Shown here: positions 25,969-34,393 of the stretch, one piece after another
Layout: every line of letters starts with the position of its first letter
How positions within the stretch are numbered: the stretch's first letter is position 1
From: a virus
Taxonomy: Duplodnaviria; Caudoviricetes
Virus record (IMG/VR): IMGVR_UViG_3300038520_000727
Coordinates: 1-38,998 of that record
Direction: 5' to 3' (one strand)
DNA: 38,998 nt
Translations under genes and position numbers: made by a program
Notes under the pieces: generated by a model
The model's database searches: none
Seen by the model: the letters and a program-made list of their open reading frames with translations, nothing else
What the model was told of the DNA's origin: nothing

Positions 25969-26811
25969 TTACGTTGCTCCCCCCGTAATAATACAACCGT
26001 CTGGACTTACAAAATAAATATTTGCAATATTGTTTATACCGAGTGTTGCTGTGCCAGTAGCCGAAGCCCCACCACCAACGTGCATAGTTATTTGTGAAGT
26101 TATAGAACCAGTCGTAGAGGTTGTGTTCATAATACTGATAATATCTCCGACTGCGAACGTAGCTGAAGGAATCAATGCGCCAATACCCGCAGAATTTAAC
26201 CGTACCATTTGCCCTGTGTCATTTGTGGTTAAAGTATAAGTTGCATTAGAACTTTGTGATATTTGTAAATTTCTCAAATCACCATTAGCATCAGATACTG
26301 TAGATGAACCCGTTATAGCTTGTGCTACATTTAATACAGATGCCGCCGAAACTCCTCCTTCAAAATGCGTTGATCTTGCAACCGTTAACTGTGTTATCTC
26401 TGCGGTGTTTAAACTTGTAATTGCATCCACTACGCCAGACCCTGTGCTATAAACTATAGCTGATCTACCATTAGGTACAGTTACTTGCGATCCTGAAGAG
26501 TTTTTTATTCCTACATCAGTGGCTAAAGTATTATTAATTATGTAGTTTTTTTCTATATCAGGAACGGTTAAGGTTATACCTGCCGATCCTGTACCTGTTA
26601 AATTAAGACGTAAATGCCTAGCTACTTGAGTAGTATTAACATCACTTAAAGTTAATGTAACACTGTCTTGTGAAAAAGCCACATCTGCCGATTCGCAAAT
26701 AGCTTCTTCTATCGCAGTTCCTAAATTTGTGTTTGTAATATCGCCCCAAGAACCAGAGTTTTCTCCGGTATTCATAAGCTGTATTTTTAAATTTGAATAT
26801 GATGAAGCCAT
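25969..26811 (-). CDS. proximal tail fibre protein
   Basis: N-terminus 'MASSYSNLKIQLMNTGENSGSWGDITNTNL'; S/T/G-rich beta composition; adjacent to the LamG fibre. Confidence 0.6.
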   Translation of the reverse strand: MASSYSNLKIQLMNTGENSGSWGDITNTNLGTAIEEAICESADVAFSQDSVTLTLSDVNTTQVARHLRLNLTGTGSAGITLTVPDIEKNYIINNTLATDVGIKNSSGSQVTVPNGRSAIVYSTGSGVVDAITSLNTAEITQLTVARSTHFEGGVSAASVLNVAQAITGSSTVSDANGDLRNLQISQSSNATYTLTTNDTGQMVRLNSAGIGALIPSATFAVGDIISIMNTTSTTGSITSQITMHVGGGASATGTATLGINNIANIYFVSPDGCIITGGAT

Positions 26812-26820
26812 TTTTTTCTC

Positions 26821-27288
26821 CTATGCCGCCTCTTTTATTGTCTGCCAATTAGGGGTTTGGTTCGTATTTATTTCACCCCAAACTAATTCATTGCCTAAAT
26901 TTGCTGTCGTTGAAACTCCAGTGATACTTACATTAGCGTCTCCGGATAAATCTACGTTATCTAGTATCCCATTTGCACTAATTCCAGTTACATTTATTCT
27001 ATTAACTAATCTTTGACTGATAACACCAGTAGTGGCGGTTAAACCAAAACCAGTAACACTTATATTGTTATTGGTTCTTACTTCTTCTTCGCCTAAGAAC
27101 TTTAATGCGCTAACTCCAGATAAACCACTAACATTTGCAGCCGCATTGGTAAATATAGAACCAACGGCTCCAACCATACTTATATCGGGTTCAGTTATTG
27201 ATGCGTTCCAACCACCGTCACCCCAAGCCGCTCTACTCCATCCGGTTTGAACGGCTTGTCTGGTTACGTTAACATTTACATCAGCCAT
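26821..27288 (-). CDS. virion structural protein
   Basis: 'GWSRAAWGDGGW' and repeated 'V(S/T)GxS' beta motifs. Confidence 0.6.
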   Translation of the reverse strand: MADVNVNVTRQAVQTGWSRAAWGDGGWNASITEPDISMVGAVGSIFTNAAANVSGLSGVSALKFLGEEEVRTNNNISVTGFGLTATTGVISQRLVNRINVTGISANGILDNVDLSGDANVSITGVSTTANLGNELVWGEINTNQTPNWQTIKEAA

Positions 27289-27289
27289 T

Positions 27290-27757
27290 TTAGGCTATCC
27301 TAATAATTGCATCTGCGCTTGTGTTGCTTGGAAATATTATAGTAAAGTCTCCGGCAGTAGAAGTTTTGGTTCCTCCGAAATCCAATACGCATACAGCCGC
27401 ATTCGTTAAAGTAGAACCTGAGTTATCGTTTGTAGAAGGGGTGTTATTGTATATTAAACAACCAGCCGCATTTACAGTTACTGTGCTAAATGTCAAATCA
27501 CTGAAATCTAAAAATCCAGTAGAATCTCCTGTAGTTACTCCTAAGTTTGTTAGTGCTGAACCGCCCGCAGAATATCCTGTTCCAACAGATTCGCTATCAG
27601 TAACATACGCTGTAGTTCCGGCGCTTAATGCCGCTCCGGCCGAATACAACGCTAATTTAAAAGTGTCTGATGTAGCAGATGCGTCAGGTCTGAAATCATG
27701 TACTCCCAACAATACTTGGGCTTTAAAAGATGTACACATTGCTTGTGTAATAGCCAT
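27290..27757 (-). CDS. virion structural protein (tail-associated)
   Basis: 'MAITQAMCTSFK..L.G.HDF...FKLALY...GYSAGG..L...VLDFGG.KTST.GDFTI.FP', a conserved phage structural pattern. Confidence 0.7.
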   Translation of the reverse strand: MAITQAMCTSFKAQVLLGVHDFRPDASATSDTFKLALYSAGAALSAGTTAYVTDSESVGTGYSAGGSALTNLGVTTGDSTGFLDFSDLTFSTVTVNAAGCLIYNNTPSTNDNSGSTLTNAAVCVLDFGGTKTSTAGDFTIIFPSNTSADAIIRIA

Positions 27758-27760
27758 TTT

Positions 27761-28051
27761 TTACTCCTCTAATAATTTAATTAATTCAGGGTAACCCATT
27801 TCCTTAAACCTATGAGCTAAGGTTGTATTGTGGCTCCTGACCATTTCTTTCATATATCGAACTAAAACTTTTCTTATATCTTTTTTAAAAGCTTCGGCTT
27901 GCGCTCTCACCGCTGGGTGTGAATCACTACCAACGGCTATTATTTTATCTAATGCTCTTTCCGCAATTTCCTCTGCATTAAAACCTCTACCAGAGGTAGT
28001 CATAACTTTTACTCCACCACCTAATAATACTGATGTACTATTCCCAATCAT
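27761..28051 (-). CDS. hypothetical phage protein
   Basis: 96 aa, translationally coupled within the operon. Confidence 0.7.
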   Translation of the reverse strand: MIGNSTSVLLGGGVKVMTTSGRGFNAEEIAERALDKIIAVGSDSHPAVRAQAEAFKKDIRKVLVRYMKEMVRSHNTTLAHRFKEMGYPELIKLLEE

Positions 28052-28725
28052 CTTACCGGATACCTCGCTTGTTCGTTTCTATACATATCTTGCCTGTTCT
28101 TTCCTTCGCTTAATTGTTTAAGACCAGACAAGGCCTCCCCATACTTCTCTTTGTACGCATTAAATACATCCGACTCACCTTTCATAAAAACTTGAGCCTC
28201 TAATAAAGATCCGTACAAGAGAACTGAGTCATAATTATCTCCTAACCACGAAGTATTTGCCGTAACAATAGACTGTGGATAAAAGAAATAATGTAATTCT
28301 GTCGTATAACTTTGATCTGGAGTTGGTCCTAAAATATAGGAGTCCTGATCAAACAAAGCATAATGAGTTGGTTTGCCAGTAGCTGTTGGGTCTGGAAAAG
28401 ATTCTCTAATAAAATTCACATCTTTATTTAAAAGATAGGAATAAACACCTGTGGAATCTATTACAGCTAAAGAAAAATTAGCCAACCAATCAGATGGAAC
28501 TGTTAAATATTGATTTCCAGAGGTCATATTTCCTGTAACATTTTTTCTTAAATCAAGAATTTGTACAGAATTAAATATTTTTTGTTCAGCTTGTTGAATA
28601 AATGTATCAATTTGTTCTTTACTGGTAAATGTAGCTGTTGCTCCACTTGTGTCAGAAAAAGAGGTATCAGGGAAATCGTTTTCACAATATCCTTTTATAG
28701 TTTCAAAAAGCTGTGTGTAATTCAT
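28048..28725 (-). CDS. head-tail adaptor / tail tubular protein A-like
   Basis: 'MNYTQL..I..Y.E...FIQQAE..I', 'TGKP.HY...GPTPD..Y..ELHY' and 'LLYGSL.EA..FMK'. Confidence 0.65.
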   Translation of the reverse strand: MNYTQLFETIKGYCENDFPDTSFSDTSGATATFTSKEQIDTFIQQAEQKIFNSVQILDLRKNVTGNMTSGNQYLTVPSDWLANFSLAVIDSTGVYSYLLNKDVNFIRESFPDPTATGKPTHYALFDQDSYILGPTPDQSYTTELHYFFYPQSIVTANTSWLGDNYDSVLLYGSLLEAQVFMKGESDVFNAYKEKYGEALSGLKQLSEGKNRQDMYRNEQARYPVR

Positions 28726-28940
28726 TTACCTTTAGACCCGTTAGAAACAGCTTTTTTTAAACTTGGTAAAAATCTATAACTCAAGGAATGAGATACATCA
28801 ATAGCTCCGGAAGAGTAGTTTAAACCTTTTGTAGCGGCTCCTGTCCCTCTAGTTTTTAATGTTTGTGTTTTTCTAACATCGTTAGGGTAACCACTAGATT
28901 GAGGCACCGGAACACTTTTTGGTTGCTTTATAATCTTCAT
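28722..28940 (-). CDS. small basic protein
   Basis: 72 aa with 'KTRGTGAATKG' motif; AGGAG RBS. Confidence 0.65.
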   Translation of the reverse strand: MKIIKQPKSVPVPQSSGYPNDVRKTQTLKTRGTGAATKGLNYSSGAIDVSHSLSYRFLPSLKKAVSNGSKGK

Positions 28941-28948
28941 AAATTCTC

Positions 28949-29308
28949 CTATTCTGTGGTAACTGTTACGTTACCTACATTTGCATCTGCAATTAAACTA
29001 TTAGGATAACCAAGACCAAAAGGGTCTCTTAATCCAACTGGATTAAAACCATACTGAGTATTTCTAGCTTTTGATGTAGGATTGGCGTTTAAATCTGGCC
29101 TTGGGTTCCTTAAAGCTTGTGGGTCGTCAATAGGCTTCATTCCAACTTGCAGTTGAGGCTGATCTTGCTCAAAACATTCAGGACAAACTAAAATGTTTAC
29201 CTTTTTTGTCTTGATTGTTAACTGCTTTAACTGCTTTAATTTAAATCGAAATCCGCACCTATCACATTCTGCAATAGCGTGTTTGCCAGAAGCATAAGCC
29301 CTACCCAT
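28949..29308 (-). CDS. zinc-finger protein
   Basis: CDRC...CPEC and 'DPQALRNPRPD'. Confidence 0.7.
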   Translation of the reverse strand: MGRAYASGKHAIAECDRCGFRFKLKQLKQLTIKTKKVNILVCPECFEQDQPQLQVGMKPIDDPQALRNPRPDLNANPTSKARNTQYGFNPVGLRDPFGLGYPNSLIADANVGNVTVTTE

Positions 29309-30021
29309 TACCTTGCAGAGAACGAACTAGTAGGTACGACCCTAATAGACGCTTTTTCTCTGTCCTCTTCTGAGGCAAGATTCCATTGCTCCTCATAATC
29401 CTGCTTTAAAGGACCAATTCTTCCTTCTGCTCCCGGTATTTTAACAGATAAATAGTATGCTAATCCAGCAATTAAACAATTATAAAATCTAAATGGTATC
29501 GCTTGTGTGTTTACTCCGTTACCTGCGTCATCAATTCTTTTTAATCTCCAGTAAACAAAAGTATAAGTTTCAGATGTATCTGGCGCTGGATAAAGATTAA
29601 TTTGAGGAGGAACTGAACCAGATGATGTTGTTGCTCCTGACCTTCTATCTATATAAACCTGTATAGGTCTGCCTGTAGAATTTTTATTAGGTATGGTGGC
29701 GTAAGTTGAAACACTTATCCTTGTTATGCTTAAATCTTGTTGGGTAGAGCCTGTTCCTGTTCTGATAACATGCTCCAATAAATCTATGGTATCTGCCGGT
29801 AAATCATAAGTTATAGTCCCCGGAGTTAGTGCCACCGAACCTTCTTCTATCGTCCATAAATTTACACCACGATTAGACCACTCGATTGTTAATAAGTTAA
29901 GTGACCTCCTAGCGGTTCTAAAATGGTAACCAGTTCTAGCTTCTACCCCACATCTTTCAAAGGCTTCTTCTATGATTTCATTAACATTTGGTGTAAAACT
30001 TGTTGTTCCTGTTGTAGTCAT
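29308..30021 (-). CDS. second head-tail adaptor-like virion protein
   Basis: 'IEEAFERCG...ARRSLNL...W.NRG.NLW', 'TGRP..VY...YPAPD..Y' and 'AGLAYYLS.K'. Confidence 0.6.
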   Translation of the reverse strand: MTTTGTTSFTPNVNEIIEEAFERCGVEARTGYHFRTARRSLNLLTIEWSNRGVNLWTIEEGSVALTPGTITYDLPADTIDLLEHVIRTGTGSTQQDLSITRISVSTYATIPNKNSTGRPIQVYIDRRSGATTSSGSVPPQINLYPAPDTSETYTFVYWRLKRIDDAGNGVNTQAIPFRFYNCLIAGLAYYLSVKIPGAEGRIGPLKQDYEEQWNLASEEDREKASIRVVPTSSFSAR

Positions 30022-30311
30022 TTTTGTTTAACGCTATTTATATATTTTCTGTACACACCAGCGGCATCTCTTTTACCCATGACTCTGGCTCTTTGTTCCA
30101 TTGCTATAGCGGCTTGTATTTTATGAGCCTTGGATCTACCGCTATTTCTAATCTTACTTATACTTTTTACTGCATCTTCCTTTGTCGCAAACTTTAATCC
30201 TTTTATTGTGCCCTTTGGGTTTTCATCCGTATATAAATCAGAATGTTTCTTAGACCTTGCGGGTTGTCCTTTTTTTCTTGGTATTCTTGGCTTTGAGGAT
30301 GGTTTTAACAT
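30018..30311 (-). CDS. small basic hypothetical protein
   Basis: 'HSDLYTDENPKGTIKGLKFAT...AMEQRARV'. Start uncertain because it overlaps the upstream gene. Confidence 0.65.
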   Translation of the reverse strand: MLKPSSKPRIPRKKGQPARSKKHSDLYTDENPKGTIKGLKFATKEDAVKSISKIRNSGRSKAHKIQAAIAMEQRARVMGKRDAAGVYRKYINSVKQK

Positions 30312-30543
30312 TTGTTGGCTTACCTCCCGGATTCCCAGCCGCTCTTTTTCTCTGAACCGCTGATTTTATTTGTGAAGCTGTCATTGTTTTTGCTTTTGCT
30401 CTTGGGACGCATTTTGGATAACCACGTTTGCTGGTCTTCGCTGATTTGCGTCCACAGGCTTGGTATTTTCCTTTTTTTTTAGGTGCACCTATATCAACCC
30501 AGTCACCTTTTTTGCCTTTACCAAACCATTCCTTAAGAGACAT
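30250..30543 (-). CDS. small basic hypothetical protein
   Basis: 'SLKEWF...DWVDIG...CGR...YPKCVP'. Confidence 0.7.
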   Translation of the reverse strand: MSLKEWFGKGKKGDWVDIGAPKKKGKYQACGRKSAKTSKRGYPKCVPRAKAKTMTASQIKSAVQRKRAAGNPGGKPTNVKTILKAKNTKKKRTTRKV

Positions 30544-30716
30544 TATCTATATCCTCCACCTCGTGCCTTATATGTTTTGACTAACCATCCATTTGCATAC
30601 GCAGAAGGATAGACATCAAATTTACGTTTTGCTTCAGCCTTTACACGAGCATATAAAGCAGGGTTTGTAGGAGTAGAACCTGATTTCTTTTTAGTCGTTT
30701 TCTTTTTTGTAGCCAT
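30543..30716 (-). CDS. 57-aa basic protein (not in ORF track)
   Basis: MATKKKTTKKKSGSTPTNPALYARVKAEAKRKFDVYPSAYANGWLVKTYKARGGGYR; GGAG RBS; TAATG coupling to the next gene. Confidence 0.75.
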   Translation of the reverse strand: MATKKKTTKKKSGSTPTNPALYARVKAEAKRKFDVYPSAYANGWLVKTYKARGGGYR

Positions 30717-30927
30717 TTCTCTCCCTTTCTACTCTTAACTCTTCTCTTAGCTTTTTAATTTCTTCATCTCTTTCATTTAGTTTAGTCATAAAACTTTTGA
30801 CTAACTCTCCGCTGACTTCATAATGCTTAATTAAGTCATCTTGCCTCTTACTGGCATCTTCTTTCATCGCATTAAAAAGTCTTTCCGAATACTCTATTTG
30901 CTGTCTTATGTAGCCTGCTACCTCCAT
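30691..30927 (-). CDS. coiled-coil hypothetical protein
   Basis: 78 aa with AAGGAG RBS. Confidence 0.65.
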   Translation of the reverse strand: MEVAGYIRQQIEYSERLFNAMKEDASKRQDDLIKHYEVSGELVKSFMTKLNERDEEIKKLREELRVERERNGYKKEND

Positions 30928-30938
30928 TTAACTCTCCT

Positions 30939-31616
30939 TTACATTTTACCACCCATCCTCGCTGGTGCGGGTCTCATTTCCATTGTACCACTTGGCCTAC
31001 CTCCCTTGCCACCTCCAATTGGTGAGGGTTGTTGTTGTGAATATGGACTAAAAGGTTGGGTGTTTTTAAAAAATTGCTCACCTGATGAAAATAACTGAGG
31101 TTTATCTTTAGAGAAATATTTTTTTCTATCTTCCTCGGTAGGAGTTACCATAACAGGAGCTTTGTAGCTATTCATTCGGTTTCTTTGATATTCGTTCATA
31201 TAGTTCTGAGAATAAGGATTAAAATTGTAATCTGAATATCTAGGCCTATTGGCTATGTTTTGTCTAGCTATCGCTTCTCTAAAATTATAAGGATTTAAAA
31301 ACGTATTTCTGTAATAATCTAATCCAGATATTCTAGGCCTTGTAAATGGTAAAGCTTCCCTCATGTAAATACCTAACTGAGGGGCTTCAGCGGGCGCTTC
31401 TGGAGGTTGGGAGGGTGGAGTCCCGCCAACGCCCGCTTCCGCCGTTTTTTCTGGTGGAGTATATCCGGGAACAGAGGTCATCTCCCTCTGTAAAGATTGA
31501 CTTTCTATTTCATCTAACTCAGAGCCAAAACGATTGGCATGATAAGATATTTCTTCTTGCGAAGCTGGTCTTCCATATACGTCAATATAAAGTTGGTTGA
31601 TTGCTTCCGCACTCAT
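30939..31616 (-). CDS. hypothetical protein (N-terminal helical motif, P/Q/N/Y-rich remainder)
   Basis: 'INQLYIDVYGRPASQEEISY' resembles a DUF4214-like repeat; ends in ARMGGKM. Confidence 0.6.
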   Translation of the reverse strand: MSAEAINQLYIDVYGRPASQEEISYHANRFGSELDEIESQSLQREMTSVPGYTPPEKTAEAGVGGTPPSQPPEAPAEAPQLGIYMREALPFTRPRISGLDYYRNTFLNPYNFREAIARQNIANRPRYSDYNFNPYSQNYMNEYQRNRMNSYKAPVMVTPTEEDRKKYFSKDKPQLFSSGEQFFKNTQPFSPYSQQQPSPIGGGKGGRPSGTMEMRPAPARMGGKM

Positions 31617-31618
31617 GT

Positions 31619-32017
31619 TTAAACCATTCTGCCCTTTGTTTTGCCTTTTCTAGCTACGCCGTCAGCTCTAGCAGATACTCTTCCTCCGCTGGCATAACCT
31701 TTTTTCATCATACCCCCACTGGCGTATCCCTTTTTAGCCATACCTCCAGCCTTCATCATTTTTTTCTTCGCTGGCTTTCCTGTGGGTTTGGTTTTTCCTC
31801 GTTCTCCTATTACAGGGCCTCCTGCTTTCATCTTACCTTTGCCATCAGCCGCATAGAAAGGAACCATCTTGCCGTCCTTTTCTACCATTTGTAATTTGCC
31901 GCCTGACTTGTAGCCTTTTTTAGCCATTCCACCTGCCATCATTTTCTTCATAACAGAACCGCCAGCTTTCATCATTTTTTTCATCATGCCGCCTCCGGCA
32001 TAGCCTTTCTTCATCAT
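31619..32017 (-). CDS. K/M/G-rich basic protein with eight [MY]xxGG repeats
   Basis: YAGGG, MKAGG x3, MMAGG, YKSGG and YASGG x2; C-terminus ADGVARKGKTKGRMV. Confidence 0.8.
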   Translation of the reverse strand: MMKKGYAGGGMMKKMMKAGGSVMKKMMAGGMAKKGYKSGGKLQMVEKDGKMVPFYAADGKGKMKAGGPVIGERGKTKPTGKPAKKKMMKAGGMAKKGYASGGMMKKGYASGGRVSARADGVARKGKTKGRMV

Positions 32018-32688
32018 TTTTCGTTCTCCGAATATAAGTTGTTAAATGTAACTTCTGGGTCCATATAGCTGTCATCTTGCTCTGCACAATGAATCCATTG
32101 ACTTGGGCGAAAATCTGGTGCGCCTTCACCTGTTTGCCAGTAGGCAGGGCTGGTAACTCTTACCCTGTTATTTGGTAACGCTACAATGTTACCCTTCCAT
32201 TGTCCATCCGTCAGCACCATAACGTGAGACTGCTTGTGCTGGGCCGGATCGTCAGCGACTTCACTTTCGGTGTAGTCCACTGTGAACAAGTATCTGGAAG
32301 TATAAAATTCTCCGTCAATTTTGCATAACCAAGGAGATGGTTTACAGCGGTTAAACGATACAATTGAGTGATTGTGCGAGGGGCAATCCCAAGGTTGTGC
32401 CAAGTGAGTTGGCATTCTGTCAGGCCATTCTTCGAGTTCAATGTCTCCGACGAGGCCGGTGATGGGCATTCTGGCCCACATTGCTCCTCCGTGGATGTTT
32501 TCTTGGCTTCCATCATCCGCCTCACAGCCCGTAAAGACAATTTGAAAGCTGAGGCATCGGTCTGGCATTGTTGTGACCGCAATGGCAAGTCCATGTATAT
32601 ATTCTCCATGATAATCCTGATGTCCGTTTGTAAATTCTTTTCTAACCCAACATTTAAAAAATGGTATGTTACTAATTAAATGAGCCAC
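32014..32688 (-). CDS. conserved phage protein of unknown function
   Basis: 224-aa globular W/C/H-rich protein; AAGGAG RBS; GC visibly above its flanks. Confidence 0.8.
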   Translation of the reverse strand: MAHLISNIPFFKCWVRKEFTNGHQDYHGEYIHGLAIAVTTMPDRCLSFQIVFTGCEADDGSQENIHGGAMWARMPITGLVGDIELEEWPDRMPTHLAQPWDCPSHNHSIVSFNRCKPSPWLCKIDGEFYTSRYLFTVDYTESEVADDPAQHKQSHVMVLTDGQWKGNIVALPNNRVRVTSPAYWQTGEGAPDFRPSQWIHCAEQDDSYMDPEVTFNNLYSENEK

Positions 32689-32700
32689 CCTAAATCTCCT

Positions 32701-33375
32701 TTATCTCATTTTACACTTAGTCTTGCCTTTAATTGCTATTCCGTCTGCTTTTTTCTTTCCATTACCTACTGCTCCGCCTTGAGAAAATCTAAGCTTTCCT
32801 CTTTTCATAGCATCCTTAAAAGCATCTTTAAAGTCTAAATCTTTTAGCATTTGACCAGTTGTTCTGAAGTCCTTAGTTCCTCCTTTTCCTTTGGTGTCTC
32901 TAATATTTTTACCTGTTTCACCAATTCTACCTGACCTCGGAGTAAGGATTTTTCCTACTTCTTTAGTTCCACCTGTGCCCTTGGTGCCTCTTACATTTTT
33001 TGTGCTACCCATTTTTGGTAGAGGTCTTACAACTGTTTTTAAATCTCTTGCTTTCTTTTCAGGCTTTTTTTCTACAGGTTTTAAAGCTGATTTAGCTATA
33101 TTTTTAGAACTACCCAATACAGGTTTTCTAGGTCTGCCAGAACCTTTTAAGGCTTTAGGGTCTATGTTTTTTGCACTACCCATGACTGGTTTTCTTTTAG
33201 CTTCTTCTGCTTTTGTCTTTGTAGAATATTTTTTACCCCGCCATGTAAAAGTTTTTCGACCTTCATCTTTAAATTGTTTAAACGCTTTTGCAAACGATAA
33301 GTCATCCGTATCGGTTGCTTTCCTTGTGCTTTTATCTTTGAATCCTGAAAAAGCCGCATAGCTACTAGATCTCAT
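32701..33375 (-). CDS. highly basic repeat-containing protein
   Basis: 'SFAKAF...KTFTWRGKKYST', four GSxKN-type repeats, FSQGG and C-terminus ADGIAIKGKTKCKMR. Confidence 0.75.
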   Translation of the reverse strand: MRSSSYAAFSGFKDKSTRKATDTDDLSFAKAFKQFKDEGRKTFTWRGKKYSTKTKAEEAKRKPVMGSAKNIDPKALKGSGRPRKPVLGSSKNIAKSALKPVEKKPEKKARDLKTVVRPLPKMGSTKNVRGTKGTGGTKEVGKILTPRSGRIGETGKNIRDTKGKGGTKDFRTTGQMLKDLDFKDAFKDAMKRGKLRFSQGGAVGNGKKKADGIAIKGKTKCKMR

Positions 33376-33376
33376 T

Positions 33377-33673
33377 TTATTTTCCCCAAAATATTTGTTG
33401 AATCATAATAATAAAAGCAGTTACAGCACTACCTGCTCCTGCCGCCCACATTAAAGTTTTCCATCCTCCTTTGGCTTCTGATAACACTTTATGGATATCA
33501 GCTAAAGATTTTTTGATTTCTTCTATGTCTGATTTCATTTCATCCATGTCATCTTGTATATGTTTGATTTCATTTGCCTGAACAGCAACTTTGCTTTCAA
33601 TCTCCACAGGTTTTCTTCCTCTACGTTTTCTTGGTTTTTTGTTGAAAATTTGATTTATTTCTTCTTTTTCCAT
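33377..33673 (-). CDS. coiled-coil protein with C-terminal transmembrane helix
   Basis: Heptad region followed by 'GGWKTLMWAAGAGSAVTAFIIMI'. Start placed at the TAATG overlap. Confidence 0.65.
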   Translation of the reverse strand: MEKEEINQIFNKKPRKRRGRKPVEIESKVAVQANEIKHIQDDMDEMKSDIEEIKKSLADIHKVLSEAKGGWKTLMWAAGAGSAVTAFIIMIQQIFWGK

Positions 33674-33963
33674 TACCATTTCACCTTATCTGCCCAGTAA
33701 GCCGCCGAGGACTTTCCTTTGGCTATGTTTTTACCGTGCCTTGCTTTGAAACTTTTACGCTTGGATTTCATTCTTGCTGACTCTCCTGCTTTGGGTTTTC
33801 CTGCCGTTCCTGATACAGTTCCGACTTTCTTTCCTTGTTGACCGAAACGAATAATCTTCTCTTTCCCATTAAAACACGATTTTACAATGTGTGATTTTTT
33901 AGGATGAGAAGGAGTTCTCCTCGGTTTATTGCACGGCATTGCTTTTTTATTAACTTTAGCCAT
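33673..33963 (-). CDS. small basic conserved phage protein
   Basis: 'NKPRRTPSHPKKSH.V...IIRFGQQG...RKSFKARH...SAAYWA.KVKW'. Confidence 0.75.
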   Translation of the reverse strand: MAKVNKKAMPCNKPRRTPSHPKKSHIVKSCFNGKEKIIRFGQQGKKVGTVSGTAGKPKAGESARMKSKRKSFKARHGKNIAKGKSSAAYWADKVKW

Positions 33964-33966
33964 TTG

Positions 33967-34392
33967 TCAACTCAAAATACAATGAAGAGTGTCAACTTCT
34001 ACTCTAGCCCTAGAGGCCGCAGTAGTGTCTCTTCTAAAGAATTGTAAAGTAAATCCACTGTCACTAAGTATTTCTCCATTAAAGTCTATTAGTATTGGGT
34101 TTTCTGTATCTTCTATTCTAGGCTCAGTAGCATTATTATCTCCTCCAAACCTAATTGAATACAAAAGTTCTCCGTCATTAGCAATAGCGGTGCTTGTTGA
34201 AATATATTTTCTAATTTCAAAATCTATATTTAAAACTCTAGAGGGTTGTATTTCAAAATAAAATCCACTCATTCTGACTCTTTGATTGGTTCTCAATTCG
34301 TAATAGATTCCTGCGTGTCCTTCGGACGGAGGAATGGTAATTGTCTCTGATGAATTATCAGTGACTAGAGTGGGTTTTACAATTGAGGTCAT
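33967..34392 (-). CDS. putative virion/decoration protein
   Basis: 141 aa, beta-rich; 'RVRMSG...NPILIDFNGEILSDSGF' parallels the upstream gene. Confidence 0.55.
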   Translation of the reverse strand: MTSIVKPTLVTDNSSETITIPPSEGHAGIYYELRTNQRVRMSGFYFEIQPSRVLNIDFEIRKYISTSTAIANDGELLYSIRFGGDNNATEPRIEDTENPILIDFNGEILSDSGFTLQFFRRDTTAASRARVEVDTLHCILS

Positions 34393-34393
34393 A

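Noticed and set aside
31619-32017. Short DNA repeats that might suggest a CRISPR array or satellite
   Set aside because: They are degenerate coding repeats of a K/M/G peptide, with no constant repeat-spacer period and no cas genes.
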